A program made the translations under genes and the position numbers. Of a stretch of DNA of 64,000 nucleotides, positions 41,897 to 52,594 are shown piece after piece (position 1 is the stretch's first letter; each line of letters starts with the position of its first letter). The DNA is from a virus. Under the pieces are notes generated by a model that was not told the DNA's origin, did no database searches, and was given only the letters and a program-made list of their open reading frames with translations. The DNA is taken from positions 37,735 to 101,734 of IMG/VR virus record IMGVR_UViG_3300023179_006727. One strand, given 5' to 3'.

Positions 41897-44800
41897 AAAT
41901 AAAAACTGCACTTAATCCTGCTGCCTTTCCTGATTATCAATGGATTGCAGCCTCAACTTGCGGAAATATGAGTTTTGGAATACGAAATGATGGTATTTTA
42001 TTCGCATGGGGATATTCAAATAATGGTGGTTCAGGATCGCTTACAAATAAATTTGTAAATCCACCATCACCTATACTTGTACAAGGTAGCACTTTTAGCC
42101 AATTTGTTGCTGTAACTTCAGGCGATCAGCACAGTGCTGCAATTCGTAGTGGTGGTACATTATTTACTTGGGGATTAAATTCATTCGGTCAATTAGGTGA
42201 TAGTACTACAGTAAGTAAATCTTCGCCCGTACAAATTGGTAGCAGTAGTTGGACTGCAGTTTGTGCGGGATCTCAAGGATTTATTCTAGCTCTTAGATCA
42301 GATAATTTACTTTTTTCATGGGGTCGTAATCAATATGGACAATTAGGTGATGGTACTACAATTAACAAATCTTCACCTGTACAAATCGGTAGTAGTAGTT
42401 GGATTGCTATATCAGGTGGTAATGGTTTTGTTGCTGCTATTCGTTCGGGTGGTACATTATTTTCTTGGGGAAGAAATCAAAGTGGACAATTAGGTGATAG
42501 CACTACAGTTAATAAATCATCACCTGTACAAATTGGTAATAGTAGTTGGATAGCTGTATCAGCAGGAGATCAACACGTAGCTGCAATTCGTAGTGGTGGT
42601 ACATTATTTACTTGGGGATTAAATTCATTTGGTCAATTAGGTGATAGTACTACAGTTAATAAATCATCACCTGTACAAATTGGTAGCAGTAGTTGGAGTA
42701 TTTTACCTGCAGGTTTACAAAATTCAACTATGGCATTAGATCCTACAGGAACACTTTATACATGGGGCAATAATTCCAATGGACAATTAGGCGATGGCAC
42801 GTCAATCAATAAATCATCTCCTGTACAAATCGGTGGTTCGACTAAGTTTTCATATATTGCGATGGGGTTACAGACATTACCTGCATGTTTTGGGATAGCT
42901 TCAAATGGGACAATGTATTCATGGGGTGGGGATTCCACTTACCCAGGGATTGCAATCGGTAGGCCTGGGGCGTTGATTCCTGTACAAGTTGGCGCAGGGG
43001 GAATTAATGCTCAAAGTATTACATTTCAAAATTTAAATTGGTCTACCGCATCAATAGTCCAACCTGCCTCTGAAAATAAAGGTCAAGCTGCAGCAATAAC
43101 AACCAATGGTACATTATATGTGTGGGGTATTAATAATTATGGTCAATTAGGTAATGGGAATACAGTAAGACAGATTTTTCCACAACAATTGGATTCAAAT
43201 TCTTGGACTATGGTAAGTGTAGGCCAATACCATATGCTTGGCCTACTCCCCAACGACACATTATTTGCATGGGGTAGAAATCAATATGGTCAATTAGGAG
43301 ATGGTACCACAATAAATCGTTCTTCACCTGTACAGCTTGGTGGTATTACTAGATTTAATAATGGTAGTTGGACTTTAATTAATGCAGGACAACAATTAAG
43401 CGCAGGTATTGGAAAATCAAATTCATACTTGTTTACATGGGGATCAAGTAATTTAGGTCAACTAGGACGATCAATGGGTGGTTCAGCACCTTTTCAAATT
43501 GGTACATCATCATGGACAGCAGTTTCTACAGAATTTAATCAATTTGCTGCCGCAATAAAATCTGATGGATCTTTATTCACTTGGGGACAAAATTCAAGCG
43601 GACAACTTGGAGACGGCACCACAGTTAATAAATCATCACCTGTGCAAATTGGTAGTAGTAGTTGGACAGTAGCTAGTGTAGGAGGTTCGCACACTGTAGC
43701 TATACGAAGTGGTGGTACATTATTTACTTGGGGATTAAATTCAAGTGGTCAATTAGGTGATGGTACGACTGTTAATAAATCATCACCTGTTCAAATTGGA
43801 TCATCATCATGGATTGCAATTTCAGGAGGTGGATTACATTCTGCTGCAATTGATATTAATAGTTTGTTATTTACTTGGGGATTAAATTCAAGCGGACAAC
43901 TTGGAGATGGAACCACTGTTAATAAATCATCCCCCGTACAAATTGGTAGTAGTAGTTGGACAGCAGTATCTGCGGGTCCTTCTAATTCTGTAGCTATACG
44001 AAGTGGTGGTACATTATTTACTTGGGGATTAAATAGCGTAGGTCAATTAGGTGATGGTACGACTGATAATAAATCATCGCCCGTACAAATTGGCAGTAGT
44101 AGTTGGACAGCAGTTAATGCGGGTTGGGTAATAATAGATGCTATAAGAAGTGGTGGTACATTATTCACTTGGGGATCAAATTCATTTTTTATTGGAAGCA
44201 GTCGCCCCCCAGGCGGCCTCTACCCATACCAACTTGGTTATGATTCATGGGCAGCATTATCTACTACAATATCAAATTCAAGTGCCGTTCGTTCTGATGG
44301 AATATTGTTTACTTGGGGAAATAATGCATCAGGACAAATAGGAGATGGCACCACCATACAAAGAGGTAGTCCTGTACAAATTGGTAGTAGTAGTTGGACT
44401 ATTGTCAGCGTAAATCCGTCTGTTACAAGTGCGGTAAGATCTGACGGTTTATTATACGCATGGGGATCAAATACGTTTGGTGAACTTGCTGATGGCTCTT
44501 TTATCAGTAATTTTTCACCACAACTTGTTGGTTCGTCGCAACCATTTAGTTGGATTTCAATTACGGGTTGGGTAAAAGGTCATCGTGCAGCCATACGTTC
44601 AGATGGAATTTTGTTTACATGGGGAAGAAATACTCAAGGACAGTTAGGAAATGGTACAACAATCACCACTTCAAGACCTTCGCCTTTAGTATTTCCATAT
44701 AATAAAAGTCAATGGACTGCTGTAGCTGTAAGCAATTATCATTCATTAGCAATACGTAGTGATGGTTATTTATTTGCATGGGGAGCAGGTTTGTTTGGCA

Positions 44801-47800
44801 GCTTAGGTGATGGTACTACAATTAGTAAATCATCACCCGTACAAATTGGTAGCAGTAGTTGGGCTGTAGTAAGTGCAGGTGGTGCCCCATTTTCGGCAGC
44901 TATACGTAGTGGCGGCACATTGTTTACTTGGGGATTAAATTCCAATGGACAATTAGGCGATGGCACGACTATTAATAAATCATCACCTGTACAAATTGGC
45001 AGTAATAGTTGGGTTGCAGTAAGTGGTGGAAGTAACTTTATTGCTGCAATACAAAGTGGAGGTACATTATTTACATCGGGAAGAAATACTTACGGTCAAT
45101 TAGGTGATAGTACTACAGTTAATAAATCTTCCCCTGTACAAATTGGTAGCAGTAGTTGGATAGCGGTAAACGCAGGTAATTCACACACTGTAGCTATACG
45201 AAGTGGAGGTACATTATTTACATGGGGAAGAAATAATTATGGACAACTAGGGGATGGTACTACGGTTAATAAATCTTCCCCTGTACAAATTGGTAGCAGT
45301 AGTTGGATTGCAGTTGCAGCAGTTCTTGGAGGTGAAATTGGAAATGTAGGAGCAAGTTTGGGAATTACAGCGGATAATAGTTTATATACGTGGGGATCAC
45401 CAAATAATAGCCATACAGTATCTATTGCAACAAGTCCCGCAGGTTTTACAGGAGATGCTGATTGGATAAATATTAATCCTATAAAATTTGTATCTAATTC
45501 TGTATATTTTGATAATCAAAGTTGGACAAGCGTTTCATCAGGTAATAGCCATACAGTAGCTATTCGTTCCGATAATATATTATTTGCATGGGGTAAAAAT
45601 CAATATGGTCAATTAGGTGATGGTACTACTTCAGATAAATCATTGCCACAGCAAATAGGAAGTAGTAGTTGGATTGCAGTTAGTGCAGGATATAATTTTA
45701 CAAAAGCATTACTAAGTAATAGTAAATTATATACTTGGGGCAGAAATAATGTAGGACAATTGGGTGATGGTACTACAGTTAATAAATCATCTCCCGTACA
45801 AATTGGTGGTAGTAGTAGTTGGAATATAATTAGTGCGGGAAATAGTTTTTCTGCTGCGATTGATTCTGATCAATATTTGTATACATGGGGTATAAATAAT
45901 TTAGGACAATTAGGGAATAATACAACATGCAACCTCGCTATCCCAAACTTAATTCAAACCCCTACTTCATATAGTTGGACGATGATAGCAGCAGGATTAA
46001 GTCATACTGCTGCTATTCGTTCAGATGGTATATTATTTACGTGGGGCGGCAATTCAAGCGGACAAATAGGTGATGGAACTACGATTAATAGGAGCCCTGG
46101 GGTGTTCCAAGTTGGTAGTAGTAGTTGGACAGCAGTCAGTGTAAGTGATGGTGATACATATGCTATACGCAGTGATGGTCGGATTTTTGGATGGGGAAGC
46201 ATTGCTGCAGGACAGTTAGGTGATGCAGTAACAACTGTTTTGGGTTGGAATGCTTTACAAATTGGCGGTGCACAGGGACTTGGACAGGATGTTAATAATA
46301 ATATATATACTTGGGGATTGCTGGGACCACTTAATGGACCAGCATCGACCGCATCACGCTCATCACCCGTAGCAATTGGATTTTCCGCAGCTCAGGTTGA
46401 TCTAGGCGGCTTTGATTCGGCTCGTGCTTTTGCATTAGCAATCACTACTACAGGCTTATTATATGCATGGGGAAATAATGCTTATGGTCAATTAGGAGAT
46501 GGTACTATAATTAGTAGATCTTCCCCTGTACAAATTGGTAGTAGTAGTTGGACAGCAGTAAACGCAAATGCATTCAATACAGCCGCTGCGACACCGAACT
46601 CATGGTCTTTAGCAATTAGAAGTGGTGGCACATTATTTGCTTGGGGTAGAAATGCTTATGGTCAATTAGGAGATGGCACCACCGCACAAAGACTTAGTCC
46701 TGTACAAATTGGTAGTAGTAGTTGGATTGCAATTAGTGCAGGAGGGGTGCACACTGTAGCTATACGAAGCGGAGGTACATTATTTTCTTGGGGAAGAAAT
46801 CAAAATGGACAATTAGGTGATAGCACTACAGTTAATAAATCATCTCCCGTACAAATTGGTAGTAGTAGTTGGACTGCTGTTTCAGCAGGAGGTTCTCAAA
46901 ACTTAGCAATACGTAGTGATGGTTTATTATATGCATGGGGTAGAAATAATTTAGGACAATTAGGTGACGGTACTACAGTTGATAAATCTTCGCCCGTACA
47001 AATTGGTAGCAGTAGTTGGAAATTAGTATCTTCATCGGATAGTAATGGTGGAGGAATTACAATCAATGACAATTTATTTATGTGGGGAAATAATGCATCA
47101 GGACAAATAGGTGATGGTACTACAGTAAGTAAATCTTCGCCCGTACAAATTGGCGTTCCTGTACTTCCTACAGGTTATTCTTTAGGCGCAAAAGTATTAG
47201 CAGGTTCCAACTTTAGTGGAATGGTTATTAATAATAATTTATTTACATGGGGTAGAAATAATAATAGTCAATTAGGTGACGGTACTACTGTTGATAAATC
47301 AACACCTGTACAAATTAATTCCTCAGGAAGTAGTATTAATGGATCTGTGTTGAATGCTTCATTGGGTGAAAATAGTAGTTTAGCAATACGTACTGATGGA
47401 ATATTATTTGCTTGGGGAATAAATTCAAGTGGACAGTTAGGTGATGGCACTACTGTAAATAAATCTACTCCTGTACAAATTGGTAATAGTAGTTGGATTG
47501 TAGTAAGTGCAGGATTTAATAATAATGCTGCAATTCGTAGTGGAGGAACATTATTTACTTGGGGAAGTAATAGTGCAGGAGAATTAGGTGATGGTACTAC
47601 TAATAATAAATCATCTCCTGTACAAATTGGTAGTGATAGTTGGACAATGGTTTCTACAAATAATGGAAGCTCGTTAGCAATTAGATCAGATGGTTTATTA
47701 TTTACATGGGGAAATAATAGTTATGGTCAATTAGGAGATGGTACAACTGTAAATAAATCATCTCCTGTACAAATTGGTAGTAGTAGTTGGACTGCTATTA

Positions 47801-50800
47801 AAGGTGGTTATTCATCATTTGCTATTCGAACTGATGGAATATTATTTGCTTGGGGGAGAAATAATTTTGGGCAATTAGGTGACGGTACTACTGTAAATAA
47901 ATCACAACCTGTGCAAATTGGTAGTAGCAGTTGGGCTGCATTATCAATTACTGCACCATCAGATACTATGGGTGCAATTCGTAGTGGTGGAACGTTATTT
48001 ACATGGGGTAGAAATCAATATGGTCAATTAGGTGATGGTACTACTGTTAATAAATCATCTCCTGTACAAATCGGTAGTAGTAATTGGACAATGTTGGCAA
48101 TGGGTAAACTTGGTCAAACATTTGCGAATACAAGTGATGGTACATTATATGTATGGGGAGCAGGTTCTTTCGGCCAACTTGGGATTAATGACACTACAAA
48201 TCGTTCCTCTCCAACTCAATTTACAATGGGGGTTTGGTCTCAGTTATGGGTTACTACTAGTGGTACAACAGCTATATTAAGTTCTTGGGCTACTTATTAT
48301 AATAAAAGAGCCTATGTGTGGGGAGTAAATAGTTTAACCTTTGGCGGCAGGTTAGGTTTAAATGATACAATAAATAGATCATCTCCGAGTTTACTTGGAG
48401 GACAACCTGTAAGCTCTAATCAATCAAGTCCTGTACAAGTAGCATCCAATAGTTGGAATGCGGTAGACGCAGGTTCATCTCATGTTATGGCATTGAATTC
48501 TGCAAATATATTATTTACTTGGGGATTAAATTCTAGTGGTCAATTAGGTGATGGTACAACCATTAATAGATCATCACCTGTACAAATTGGCTCATCATCA
48601 TGGATTGCAATTTCAGGAGGTGGGTTACATTCTTCTGCAATTAATAGTAACAGTTTGTTATTTACTTGGGGAAATAATTCAAGTGGTCAATTGGGTGATG
48701 GCACGACTGTTAATAAATCATCACCTGTTCAAATTGGTAGCAGTAGTTGGTCAGCAGTATCAAGTGGTGGAACACACACTGTAGCTATACGAAGTGGAGG
48801 TACATTATTTACATGGGGATTAAATAGCGTAGGTCAACTAGGTGATGGTACTACGGTTAATAAATCTTCCCCTGTACAAATCGGCAGTAATAGTTGGGTT
48901 GCAGTAAGTGCGGGGTTAGCTAGTTCTGCAGCTATAGAAAATGGTACTAACTTTTTATATACATGGGGAAATAATTCCAATAGTCAATTAGGTGACGGTA
49001 CTACTGTTAATAAATCATCACCTGTTCAAATTGGTAGCAGTAGTTGGTCAATGATTAGTGTGGGTGGTAGTCATATGGCAGGTATTGTTACCACAGCTTC
49101 TGCGCTTACATGGGGTAGTAATACTCAAGGACAATTAGGAAGAAATGAGTATGAAATTTTACCATTAAAAATTGGAACAAGTAATTGGACAACGGTTAGC
49201 ACTAGTGCAGGAGGTAGTCACACTGTTGCAATACGAAGTGGTGGTACATTATTTACATGGGGAGTTAATGCACAAGGTCAATTAGGTGATGGTACTACTA
49301 TTAATAAATCTTCTCCTGTGCAAATTGGCAGTAGTAGTTGGGCAGCGATAGCAGCAGGAACAAACCATACACTTGCGATAAGAAATGGTGGTACATTATT
49401 TTCATGGGGGCTTAATGATTTTGGTCAATTAGGCGACTTAACTAAGGTTTGGAAATCATCACCTGTACAAATTGGCAGTAATAGTTGGGTTGCAGTTGTC
49501 GCAGGGCAAGTCCATTCTATGGCTCTTTCTAATGAACAAAAATTGTTTTCATGGGGTGGAAATTTTGCGGGTCAATTATCGAATGATAGTTTAACACCAA
49601 AATCATCTCCTGTTCAAATTGGTTCATCATCATTTACAATAATTTCTGCAGGATTACAATTTAATGCAGCGATAGCAAGTGGTGGAACGTTATTTACTTG
49701 GGGATCTTTCAATGTAAATTTCCCTAGTAGTCCTACTACTACTGAGCCTATATGGTTAGGCAGACCAATGGGTGGAGGGTTACCTTACAGAATACAACAA
49801 AATCAAAATTGGACGATATTAGGTCGTACAGGGGCAATAACATCAAATGGTACAATTTATACATGGGGCGTGGATAATGTTATAAGTGGTGCTGGTGCTC
49901 CTGTTTCTTGGTCTTATAGTTATCAAAACGTATCACCAATACCTACCGCAAGGGTAAATACTTTAAACACTGTAAAATCGTGGACTAATATTAGTTTAGG
50001 GTATAGTTATGTTACTGCTATTGATAGTAATAATTTATTATATACTTGGGGTCAACCTACTAATTCAATAGGACAAACTGCGGACGGTGATTACTTAAAT
50101 CCTGTACCTATAAAATTTTATCAACCACTTACATTGGATCAATACCCAACTTATTTAACACATAGTTGGGTAATGGTCTCGGCAACAGGGCTTAGAGGAA
50201 ACACAAATCTTCATACTTTAGCAATAAGATCAGATGGTTTATTATTTGCTTGGGGAAAAAATGATCAAGGACAATTAGGTGATGGCACTACCATTGAACG
50301 TACATTACCTACACAAATTGGTAGTAGTAGTTGGACAATAGTTACTGCAGGATATCGTTTATCATTAGCTATCAGAAGTGATGGTATATTATTTAATTGG
50401 GGAACAGCAATACAATCCTCACCTGTGCAGGTAGGTTCAAGTGCTTGGTCAGCAGTTAGTGCAGGAACTAATAGCCAATGGTGGCAAGCAATTCGTGCAG
50501 ATGGTTTATTATTTGCGCAAGGAAATAATGTTAGTGGACAATTGGGTGATGGTACTACTACAACTAGAAATTCTCCCGTACAAATTGGTAGTAGTAGTTG
50601 GGTTGCGGTTTCTACAGGTTATACGCATACTGTAGCTATACGAAGTGGAGGTGCATTATTTACATGGGGAGGTAATGCAAATGGTCAATTAGGGGATGGC
50701 ACTACAGTAAGTAAATCTTCGCCCGTACAAATTGGTAGTAGTAGTTGGGTAGCAATATCTGCTAGTTATAGAACATCAGGTGCTATTAGAGATGGTGGTA

Positions 50801-51381
50801 CATTATTTACTTGGGGATTAAATTCATTTGGTCAATTAGGAGATGGTACAACTGTAAATAAATCATCTCCTGTACAAATTGGTAGTAGTAGTTGGACTGC
50901 AATTGGGATCGCAGTTACTTCGAGTTTCGCTATAAAATCCAATGGATTATTATTTGCTTGGGGTGAAAATATAACCGGTAATCTTGGAGATGGTACAACT
51001 ATTAATAGGTCATCGCCCGTACAAATTGGATCATTGTCTTGGATAATGGTAACAGGAAATCGTTGGGCACAATTCGGAATAACTTCAAATAACTTGCTTT
51101 ATAGTTGGAACTCCGATTCCAATTCGGGATTCCGTTTTAATGCTCGTCCTTTTGGAGGATTAGTGCCATATCAAATTGGTTTTAGTAATTGGTCAGGAGT
51201 GAGTGCGGGTACTTCGCATGCGGTAGGTTTGACTGCAGGCAATGCATTATTTACTTGGGGATTAAATTCAAGTGGGCAACTTGGAGATGGTACAACTATT
51301 AATAGGTCATCGCCCGTACAAATTTCAGGAACTTGGGCTGGACCTAAAGCAGGGTCTGTCAATAGTGCTTCGTTACAATAA
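41803..51381 (+). CDS. Giant RCC1/BLIP-II beta-propeller protein, 3' part (61 blades); in the -1 frame of the preceding ORF, fused length about 5075 aa
   Basis: Same repeats. TTG start without SD. One extra G at 41805-41807 restores LYAWG. Confidence 0.9.
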   Translation: MGFGVPNATTGMPQFTASTIDTSNPYPIRTLKIKTALNPAAFPDYQWIAASTCGNMSFGIRNDGILFAWGYSNNGGSGSLTNKFVNPPSPILVQGSTFSQFVAVTSGDQHSAAIRSGGTLFTWGLNSFGQLGDSTTVSKSSPVQIGSSSWTAVCAGSQGFILALRSDNLLFSWGRNQYGQLGDGTTINKSSPVQIGSSSWIAISGGNGFVAAIRSGGTLFSWGRNQSGQLGDSTTVNKSSPVQIGNSSWIAVSAGDQHVAAIRSGGTLFTWGLNSFGQLGDSTTVNKSSPVQIGSSSWSILPAGLQNSTMALDPTGTLYTWGNNSNGQLGDGTSINKSSPVQIGGSTKFSYIAMGLQTLPACFGIASNGTMYSWGGDSTYPGIAIGRPGALIPVQVGAGGINAQSITFQNLNWSTASIVQPASENKGQAAAITTNGTLYVWGINNYGQLGNGNTVRQIFPQQLDSNSWTMVSVGQYHMLGLLPNDTLFAWGRNQYGQLGDGTTINRSSPVQLGGITRFNNGSWTLINAGQQLSAGIGKSNSYLFTWGSSNLGQLGRSMGGSAPFQIGTSSWTAVSTEFNQFAAAIKSDGSLFTWGQNSSGQLGDGTTVNKSSPVQIGSSSWTVASVGGSHTVAIRSGGTLFTWGLNSSGQLGDGTTVNKSSPVQIGSSSWIAISGGGLHSAAIDINSLLFTWGLNSSGQLGDGTTVNKSSPVQIGSSSWTAVSAGPSNSVAIRSGGTLFTWGLNSVGQLGDGTTDNKSSPVQIGSSSWTAVNAGWVIIDAIRSGGTLFTWGSNSFFIGSSRPPGGLYPYQLGYDSWAALSTTISNSSAVRSDGILFTWGNNASGQIGDGTTIQRGSPVQIGSSSWTIVSVNPSVTSAVRSDGLLYAWGSNTFGELADGSFISNFSPQLVGSSQPFSWISITGWVKGHRAAIRSDGILFTWGRNTQGQLGNGTTITTSRPSPLVFPYNKSQWTAVAVSNYHSLAIRSDGYLFAWGAGLFGSLGDGTTISKSSPVQIGSSSWAVVSAGGAPFSAAIRSGGTLFTWGLNSNGQLGDGTTINKSSPVQIGSNSWVAVSGGSNFIAAIQSGGTLFTSGRNTYGQLGDSTTVNKSSPVQIGSSSWIAVNAGNSHTVAIRSGGTLFTWGRNNYGQLGDGTTVNKSSPVQIGSSSWIAVAAVLGGEIGNVGASLGITADNSLYTWGSPNNSHTVSIATSPAGFTGDADWININPIKFVSNSVYFDNQSWTSVSSGNSHTVAIRSDNILFAWGKNQYGQLGDGTTSDKSLPQQIGSSSWIAVSAGYNFTKALLSNSKLYTWGRNNVGQLGDGTTVNKSSPVQIGGSSSWNIISAGNSFSAAIDSDQYLYTWGINNLGQLGNNTTCNLAIPNLIQTPTSYSWTMIAAGLSHTAAIRSDGILFTWGGNSSGQIGDGTTINRSPGVFQVGSSSWTAVSVSDGDTYAIRSDGRIFGWGSIAAGQLGDAVTTVLGWNALQIGGAQGLGQDVNNNIYTWGLLGPLNGPASTASRSSPVAIGFSAAQVDLGGFDSARAFALAITTTGLLYAWGNNAYGQLGDGTIISRSSPVQIGSSSWTAVNANAFNTAAATPNSWSLAIRSGGTLFAWGRNAYGQLGDGTTAQRLSPVQIGSSSWIAISAGGVHTVAIRSGGTLFSWGRNQNGQLGDSTTVNKSSPVQIGSSSWTAVSAGGSQNLAIRSDGLLYAWGRNNLGQLGDGTTVDKSSPVQIGSSSWKLVSSSDSNGGGITINDNLFMWGNNASGQIGDGTTVSKSSPVQIGVPVLPTGYSLGAKVLAGSNFSGMVINNNLFTWGRNNNSQLGDGTTVDKSTPVQINSSGSSINGSVLNASLGENSSLAIRTDGILFAWGINSSGQLGDGTTVNKSTPVQIGNSSWIVVSAGFNNNAAIRSGGTLFTWGSNSAGELGDGTTNNKSSPVQIGSDSWTMVSTNNGSSLAIRSDGLLFTWGNNSYGQLGDGTTVNKSSPVQIGSSSWTAIKGGYSSFAIRTDGILFAWGRNNFGQLGDGTTVNKSQPVQIGSSSWAALSITAPSDTMGAIRSGGTLFTWGRNQYGQLGDGTTVNKSSPVQIGSSNWTMLAMGKLGQTFANTSDGTLYVWGAGSFGQLGINDTTNRSSPTQFTMGVWSQLWVTTSGTTAILSSWATYYNKRAYVWGVNSLTFGGRLGLNDTINRSSPSLLGGQPVSSNQSSPVQVASNSWNAVDAGSSHVMALNSANILFTWGLNSSGQLGDGTTINRSSPVQIGSSSWIAISGGGLHSSAINSNSLLFTWGNNSSGQLGDGTTVNKSSPVQIGSSSWSAVSSGGTHTVAIRSGGTLFTWGLNSVGQLGDGTTVNKSSPVQIGSNSWVAVSAGLASSAAIENGTNFLYTWGNNSNSQLGDGTTVNKSSPVQIGSSSWSMISVGGSHMAGIVTTASALTWGSNTQGQLGRNEYEILPLKIGTSNWTTVSTSAGGSHTVAIRSGGTLFTWGVNAQGQLGDGTTINKSSPVQIGSSSWAAIAAGTNHTLAIRNGGTLFSWGLNDFGQLGDLTKVWKSSPVQIGSNSWVAVVAGQVHSMALSNEQKLFSWGGNFAGQLSNDSLTPKSSPVQIGSSSFTIISAGLQFNAAIASGGTLFTWGSFNVNFPSSPTTTEPIWLGRPMGGGLPYRIQQNQNWTILGRTGAITSNGTIYTWGVDNVISGAGAPVSWSYSYQNVSPIPTARVNTLNTVKSWTNISLGYSYVTAIDSNNLLYTWGQPTNSIGQTADGDYLNPVPIKFYQPLTLDQYPTYLTHSWVMVSATGLRGNTNLHTLAIRSDGLLFAWGKNDQGQLGDGTTIERTLPTQIGSSSWTIVTAGYRLSLAIRSDGILFNWGTAIQSSPVQVGSSAWSAVSAGTNSQWWQAIRADGLLFAQGNNVSGQLGDGTTTTRNSPVQIGSSSWVAVSTGYTHTVAIRSGGALFTWGGNANGQLGDGTTVSKSSPVQIGSSSWVAISASYRTSGAIRDGGTLFTWGLNSFGQLGDGTTVNKSSPVQIGSSSWTAIGIAVTSSFAIKSNGLLFAWGENITGNLGDGTTINRSSPVQIGSLSWIMVTGNRWAQFGITSNNLLYSWNSDSNSGFRFNARPFGGLVPYQIGFSNWSGVSAGTSHAVGLTAGNALFTWGLNSSGQLGDGTTINRSSPVQISGTWAGPKAGSVNSASLQ

Positions 51382-51443
51382 ATTATAGTTACATTTAAAA
51401 AATATAAATAACACCATTATTGTTAATATTTTAAAGGAAACTT

Positions 51444-52481
51444 ATGCATAAAATTGATCAACAACTTAATTTAATGATTCGTGGGAGGTTTCAAGAAGGA
51501 TGGGAATTAAGCCAACAAATGCACGAAGAACATCCTAATGATTTACGACATTTATTTAATCGTGGTTGGTTTTTAATAAATCAAGGAGATTTACAGGGTG
51601 GGTTTCAATGTTTAGAATCAGGTAGACATTTAAACGTATATGGAAGCGGTAGATTACCAACAAAAAAACCAATTTGGAATCCTGAAAAAGATTCAATTGA
51701 AGGTAAAACTATCATTTTAAATATGGAATGTGGGTTTGGTGATCAGATAATTTATGCTAGATTTGCTTCTGAAATAGCTAAAAGAGGTGGTAAATGTTTA
51801 TTATCATCTGATGTTAGATTACATTCAATTTTTTCTCGTATCCCAGGCGTTGAAAAATGTATCACTATTAAAGATGTTCCTAATGTTTTTCATGATTTTT
51901 GGATCCCAGGCTTTAGCTCAAGTTGGCTTTTTGGTCACACATTTGAAACCTTACCAAACGATCCATATATTTTTGCCAATCCTGCTAGCGTAGAAATTTG
52001 GAAAAATTTAATTAAATCTGATAAACCTAAAGTTGGTATACGGTGGTCAGGTAGTCCATTGTTTGAACACCAACAATTTAGGGTATTTCCACCTGAGCCA
52101 CTTATAGATTTACATAAATATAATGATGTACAATTTTATAGTTTACAACGAGATACAGATTTAAGAGAATTACCTGAAGAAATAAGTGATTTGCAACATA
52201 TTATTATATCATGGGAAGATACTGCTGCTGCTATTGAAAATCTTGATTTAGTAATAACATCCTGCACCAGTATAGCACACTTATCTGCTGCTATGGGCAA
52301 GCCAACATGGGTAATTGTTCCATTATTACCATATCATGTATGGGCTTATGGAGGTGAACATTCTCCATGGTATCCTAAGACAACAAGAGTTTTTAGACAA
52401 AAAGTTTTTGGAAATTGGAATGAAACTTTTGAAAATCTTGAAAATGAATTTGTAAAGTTTTTTTCTTTAACAAAAAAATAA
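51444..52481 (+). CDS. TPR-like plus GT-B (GT9-like) glycosyltransferase
   Basis: ECGFGDQIIYARF, KVGIRWSG, YSLQ, WEDTAAAIENLDLVITSCTSIAHLSAAMGKPTWV, SPWYP..RVFRQ. Confidence 0.8.
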   Translation: MHKIDQQLNLMIRGRFQEGWELSQQMHEEHPNDLRHLFNRGWFLINQGDLQGGFQCLESGRHLNVYGSGRLPTKKPIWNPEKDSIEGKTIILNMECGFGDQIIYARFASEIAKRGGKCLLSSDVRLHSIFSRIPGVEKCITIKDVPNVFHDFWIPGFSSSWLFGHTFETLPNDPYIFANPASVEIWKNLIKSDKPKVGIRWSGSPLFEHQQFRVFPPEPLIDLHKYNDVQFYSLQRDTDLRELPEEISDLQHIIISWEDTAAAIENLDLVITSCTSIAHLSAAMGKPTWVIVPLLPYHVWAYGGEHSPWYPKTTRVFRQKVFGNWNETFENLENEFVKFFSLTKK

Positions 52482-52497
52482 TTATTATCTTTTTTAT

Positions 52498-52526
52498 AAA
52501 AAATAGGTCATTATGACCTATTTTTT
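52498..52526. terminator. Bidirectional terminator-like hairpin
   Basis: AAAAAATAGGTCA-TTA-TGACCTATTTTTT, a perfect 13-bp stem. Confidence 0.75.
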
Positions 52527-52594
52527 TATACAAAAAAATTTCATAATCAAATTTAAATGTAAATACAGACACTTAAAATTAATAAAGGACTTTT

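Noticed and set aside
36155-51381. CRISPR array or DGR target suggested by dozens of near-identical DNA repeats
   Set aside because: Repeats are in frame and vary at synonymous sites; no adenine-only variant pair noticed; no reverse transcriptase or cas gene in the window.
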